The notes below the pieces were generated by a model. The model saw nothing but the letters and a program-made list of their open reading frames with translations, did not search any database and was not told where the DNA came from. The position numbers were made by a program, and so were the translations under genes. From Candidatus Bathyarchaeota archaeon (lineage in GTDB: Archaea; Thermoproteota; Bathyarchaeia; Bathyarchaeales; Bathycorpusculaceae), in NCBI GenBank assembly GCA_003151735.1, contig PLYI01000118.1, forward strand, positions 77,030 to 141,029: a stretch of 64,000 nt of DNA, written 5' to 3'. Of the stretch, positions 60,782-64,000 are shown one piece after another; the first letter of the stretch is position 1, and each line of letters begins with the position of its first letter.

Positions 60782-61276
60782 TTGAGTGAGAAGTCAAGAG
60801 AACACATTCACCCAGTCATGCTTAACGCCACGTTCTATGTCGGAATCACAAAACTTCAAGCAAGGCTTGAATGCTCAAAAAGCGCAGCTATTCTCTACGC
60901 ATTGAATGAGGGTTTATTTTGGAACGGTGTAATCTCTGAGGAAGACCACGATTTATTAGATAAAAGGTATGGTCGAAAACTCAAAGATGTAATAGCTGAA
61001 GGTAAAGAAAACAGCCATGTTCCCAAGTTGGAGTTGGAGAAGCAGAAAAGGGAACAATGTCAGGCTTCAGTTCAAAAAGTGCGGTCAGATGAACAGCTTG
61101 AAGGAATAAAGGAAACTCTAAAGGGAAAATATGAACAATGGGGCAGTCACCTAGATTTAGATTGGAGAATCAAAACTGTAGCTTACGCCAAGAAGTATCC
61201 TGAGCTGGAATATGCTAAGCTGTTGATTGAAAAAGAGCAAACCTGCGATATTGTATCGCAAGGAAGTGGAAGTTGA
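60782..61276 (+). CDS. Hypothetical element protein, possible RHH-like N-terminus
   Basis: Strand-helix-helix pattern HIHPVMLNATFYVGITKLQARLECSKSAAILYAL. Confidence 0.6.
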   Translation: MSEKSREHIHPVMLNATFYVGITKLQARLECSKSAAILYALNEGLFWNGVISEEDHDLLDKRYGRKLKDVIAEGKENSHVPKLELEKQKREQCQASVQKVRSDEQLEGIKETLKGKYEQWGSHLDLDWRIKTVAYAKKYPELEYAKLLIEKEQTCDIVSQGSGS

Positions 61277-61822
61277 ATGAGTGAAATTCCAGTTCCAATG
61301 TCGGAGCGGGTTAAACTTTGCGAACTGCAATTTGACAAATGTAATCCCAATGTTATGTCTAAAGACCAGTTAGAACGTCTTAAAACTTCCATAAAGAAGT
61401 GGGGCGACATTGTTCCTATTATCACAAATAAGAATTTACTTGTGGCTGATGGTCAGCAACGTTTTACCGCTATGAAAGAACTCGGCATGATTGAATGTTC
61501 TGTTATTCGGTTGCCTGTGGAGGATGTTGATCGCAGGCTCTTAAGACAAGTATTAAATAAGTTACGCGGTGAGCACTCTTTTGAATTGGACGCTGATGAA
61601 TTTCAGAGAATAATTGATGCAGGACGAGAAAAAGACCTCAAATTTATGCTTGATTTATCTGATGAAAAACTTGAGAGATACATCAATGAACAAGAACCTG
61701 AAAGCATGGATTACGTGCAATCCTTCGAAGTAATAATAAAATGTGATGATGAAGCACAGCAAGAAGTCATCTACACAAAACTGCGAACAGAGGGATATAA
61801 CTGCCGAGTTTCGACATTATAA
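61277..61822 (+). CDS. ParB N-terminal (ParB/Srx) domain protein
   Basis: NPN..LERLKTSIKKWG..PII..VADGQQR..AMKELG..LNKLRG. Confidence 0.85.
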   Translation: MSEIPVPMSERVKLCELQFDKCNPNVMSKDQLERLKTSIKKWGDIVPIITNKNLLVADGQQRFTAMKELGMIECSVIRLPVEDVDRRLLRQVLNKLRGEHSFELDADEFQRIIDAGREKDLKFMLDLSDEKLERYINEQEPESMDYVQSFEVIIKCDDEAQQEVIYTKLRTEGYNCRVSTL

Positions 61823-62484
61823 AACAATGGGGTAAACCCAAAACATTCAGGGCGCAATCAGTAATTGGGTCTTTCACGCTTTCAGACTGTAAAACTGAAA
61901 AGCAATTTCAAGGATTAATCCCGTTAGAAAACGAGAATTGGCAAATAGGCGTTATTGTAGGCAGAAGCGGAACAGGGAAAACAAGTATAGCAAAACAACT
62001 TTATCCAGAAAATTACGTTAAAGACCTTGTTTACACGCATGAATCAATTTTGGATGATTTCCCAGAGAACTTGTCTGTAAGCGAAATAACAACCGCTTTA
62101 TGCTCTGTAGGTTTTGCGTCGCCTCCAGACTGGCTCAAAAGCTACGACTGCTTATCCCAGGGGGAGAAGATGCGTGTTGACATCGCAAGAACTCTTTTAT
62201 CAGAGAATCAACTTGCCGTTTTCGATGAGTTCACCTCTGTTGTTGACCGGGAAGTTGCGCAAGTAGCCTCATACGCAATTAGCAAAGCCGTACGCAGAAC
62301 CAAAAAACAATTCATAGCTGTAACCTGCCACTATGACGTTATTGACTGGTTGGAGCCTGATTGGGTATTTTACACTGACACTATGACTTTTGATAAAAAA
62401 AAAGAACCCACCCAAAAATTGAGCTTAAAATCAGCCCTTGCACTTACAAGTTATGGAGAATCTTTCGAAGTTATCATTATTTAA
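61801..62484 (+). CDS. ABC-type ATPase of viral ATPase-GNAT modules (apparent CTG start)
   Basis: Walker A GRSGTGKT lies upstream of the called start; LSQGEKMR, FDEFTSVVDR, TCHYD. Confidence 0.85.
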   Translation: MPSFDIIKQWGKPKTFRAQSVIGSFTLSDCKTEKQFQGLIPLENENWQIGVIVGRSGTGKTSIAKQLYPENYVKDLVYTHESILDDFPENLSVSEITTALCSVGFASPPDWLKSYDCLSQGEKMRVDIARTLLSENQLAVFDEFTSVVDREVAQVASYAISKAVRRTKKQFIAVTCHYDVIDWLEPDWVFYTDTMTFDKKKEPTQKLSLKSALALTSYGESFEVIII

Positions 62485-62897
62485 ACACAAACATTGTGAA
62501 ATCAGCACGATGCTTCACTGCTCTCTATAAAGATAAACCAGTTGCGTTCATAGCTTTAATCATTAACCCGTACGGAGGCAAATACTACCGCGTCTCACGG
62601 CTTGTTGTGCTTCCAGACTACCAGGGCATAGGCATAGGAACAAAACTCTTAACAGCTATAGCAAAATGCTGGACAACTAAAACACAAATGCCATTATTCC
62701 TTATCACAAGTAACCCTCAACTAAAACAACTGCATAAACGGTCAAAATGGGTTTTAACACGTTATGGGCATGTTGGGAAAGGAGGATTAGAACTCCGCCT
62801 TAAACTCAAGACACACCAGTCAACAAGCATCAACCGTCAAACCTTCAGTTTCAGGTATAACCCGGATCTCATACACCGTAACATCTCCGTTTCCTAA
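62397..62897 (+). CDS. Mom-like GNAT acyltransferase domain (-1 frame relative to the ATPase)
   Basis: WRIFRSYHYL, SRLVVLPDYQGIGIG, TSNP. Confidence 0.8.
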   Translation, partial: KKRTHPKIELKISPCTYKLWRIFRSYHYLNTNIVKSARCFTALYKDKPVAFIALIINPYGGKYYRVSRLVVLPDYQGIGIGTKLLTAIAKCWTTKTQMPLFLITSNPQLKQLHKRSKWVLTRYGHVGKGGLELRLKLKTHQSTSINRQTFSFRYNPDLIHRNISVS

Positions 62898-63069
62898 CCT
62901 CTTTAAATCCATGTTAACAAATTTCAAAAACTCCTCCGGGTTCAATAAAAGTTGTTCTTGCTAAGAACAGCCTAAAAATAAGTCTATTTGAGGATAGCCC
63001 CATAACAGACAGCCAAGGCAAAAAATATGCAACATCCCTTATATCGTTAAATCATAGCTGTAATAAAAA

Positions 63070-63462
63070 GTGGCGCCCTTGACTATTCAAGATAAAGTGA
63101 AAGAAACTGAAAGAACTCCCACAGTTAAACAGCTTCAACGACGCAAGCGCACAATAGAACTCAGCTGCAAAGGCTTAACTATCCCTCAAATAAACAACGC
63201 TCTCCACCAAGAACACTTTGAAACAAGCGAACACACAGTTTTTGATGACCTCCACAGTCAAACAGCCGACGAGTATAGAGAAGAACTGGAGCGGCAGCAA
63301 CGAGCCGACATCACAATGGCAAAAGAAGACTTGAAAATCCGCTTAGAATACCGGGACAGAATGATTGACCGTTTGACGCCTAAGAGGATTGAGCAGAAAA
63401 TAGAGGGTGGGGAAACTTTTAGGGTGGAAATAGTTGACAACAGCAAACAGCCAGCTCATTGA
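63070..63462 (+). CDS. Putative terminase small subunit, copy 2
   Basis: 6 substitutions in 130 aa versus copy 1. Confidence 0.7.
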   Translation: MAPLTIQDKVKETERTPTVKQLQRRKRTIELSCKGLTIPQINNALHQEHFETSEHTVFDDLHSQTADEYREELERQQRADITMAKEDLKIRLEYRDRMIDRLTPKRIEQKIEGGETFRVEIVDNSKQPAH

Positions 63463-64000
63463 GTTTAGACTTCATCCGAAACAACTCGAAATATACCATG
63501 ACGCGCACCGCTACAAATTGGTTCAGGCAGGTCGCCGTTTCGGCAAGACCCAGCTTGCATGGACTATATGCCTTATCTTTATGCTTCAGAACCCAGGTTG
63601 CCTTCTCTGGTGGGTAGCGCCATTATACAAAGAGTTGATTCCAGCCACAAAAACAGTGCGGGACATCACCCCAAAACCATGGGTTAAGAAGCAGCTGGAA
63701 AACAGTGAGATAATCAGGTACATTAAACTCTTCAATGGGTCCGAATGTTTCTTTCACAGCGCCGACAGAGAAGACTCACTGCGAGGCTCAGGCATTCATG
63801 GTTTAGTCGTGGATGAAGCACCTATCCTAAAACAGAACCGTTGGGAATCAGAACTTAAACCCTCACTCATAGATTATAACGGGTGGGCACTTTTCATCGG
63901 CACCCCACGGGGAACAACATGGTTCACTAAACTATTTACCCGCGGACAAGACCCATTGAACACGGAATACAAAAGCTGGCAAATAAGCAGTTACTCCAAC
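63434..64000 (+). CDS. terL: Terminase large subunit, copy 2 (cut by the window edge; not in ORF track)
   Basis: TTG start, open to the window end; AGRRFGKT, VVDEA, FIGTP. Confidence 0.93.
   Translation, partial: MTTANSQLIEFRLHPKQLEIYHDAHRYKLVQAGRRFGKTQLAWTICLIFMLQNPGCLLWWVAPLYKELIPATKTVRDITPKPWVKKQLENSEIIRYIKLFNGSECFFHSADREDSLRGSGIHGLVVDEAPILKQNRWESELKPSLIDYNGWALFIGTPRGTTWFTKLFTRGQDPLNTEYKSWQISSYSN

Larger units (their letters stand above)
59241..64000. mobile_element. Compact provirus/satellite-like element (right end outside the window)
   Basis: Divergent regulator pair, chain of tiny ORFs, repeat region, ParB-N, ATPase-GNAT, terS-terL. Confidence 0.75.
62987..64000 (+). repeat. Diverged direct repeat copy 2; pairs with 1-1015
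   Basis: Manual alignment. Confidence 0.97.

Noticed and set aside
60532-60789. 85-aa ORF across the repeat region
   Set aside because: The translation mirrors the DNA repeats (Ile/Tyr-rich); more likely a cis element, although the ATGA coupling leaves some doubt.
201-63446. Many antisense or nested ORFs in the track (e.g. 5397-5945, 16834-17271, 21964-22362, 12454-12939)
   Set aside because: They are shadows of well-supported genes and show no motifs of their own.
62987-64000. Terminal repeat as a circular-contig overlap, or the whole window as one virus genome
   Set aside because: The copies differ at many, mostly synonymous, sites, and the interior holds core chromosomal genes with no structural virus genes.
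1-64000. CRISPR array, rRNA or IS transposase
   Set aside because: No regularly spaced repeat-spacer units, rRNA-like tract or transposase motifs were seen.

Overview
Archaeal chromosome segment, most likely Ca. Bathyarchaeia (inferred from TFB, eS6, class I LysRS, Fae-Hps, PAC2 pair and large PQQ-propeller surface proteins). About 2-54 kb is mostly housekeeping and transport genes plus two tRNAs, with viral-like debris and a solo tyrosine integrase around tfb. The window is bracketed by two same-orientation, diverged copies of a viral terminase module, terS-terL (1-1744 and 62987 to the window end). The copies differ almost only at synonymous sites. The first copy runs straight into host genes with no portal or capsid gene. 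The second ends a compact ~5 kb element: wHTH/AbrB switch, palindromic repeat region, ParB-N, ABC ATPase with a Mom-like GNAT joined by a -1 shift on an A9 run, then terS-terL. That element abuts a defence-like island (HEPN-like protein, AbrB, frameshifted MBL hydrolase), and a ~75-bp relic of the MBL gene start lies near the first terminase copy. Best candidate for a new system: dispersed packaging and DNA-modification modules without structural genes (satellite-like, GTA-like or lateral-transduction-like); a decayed provirus is the main alternative. All calls come from reading motifs by eye, and several single-base lesions could be assembly errors.
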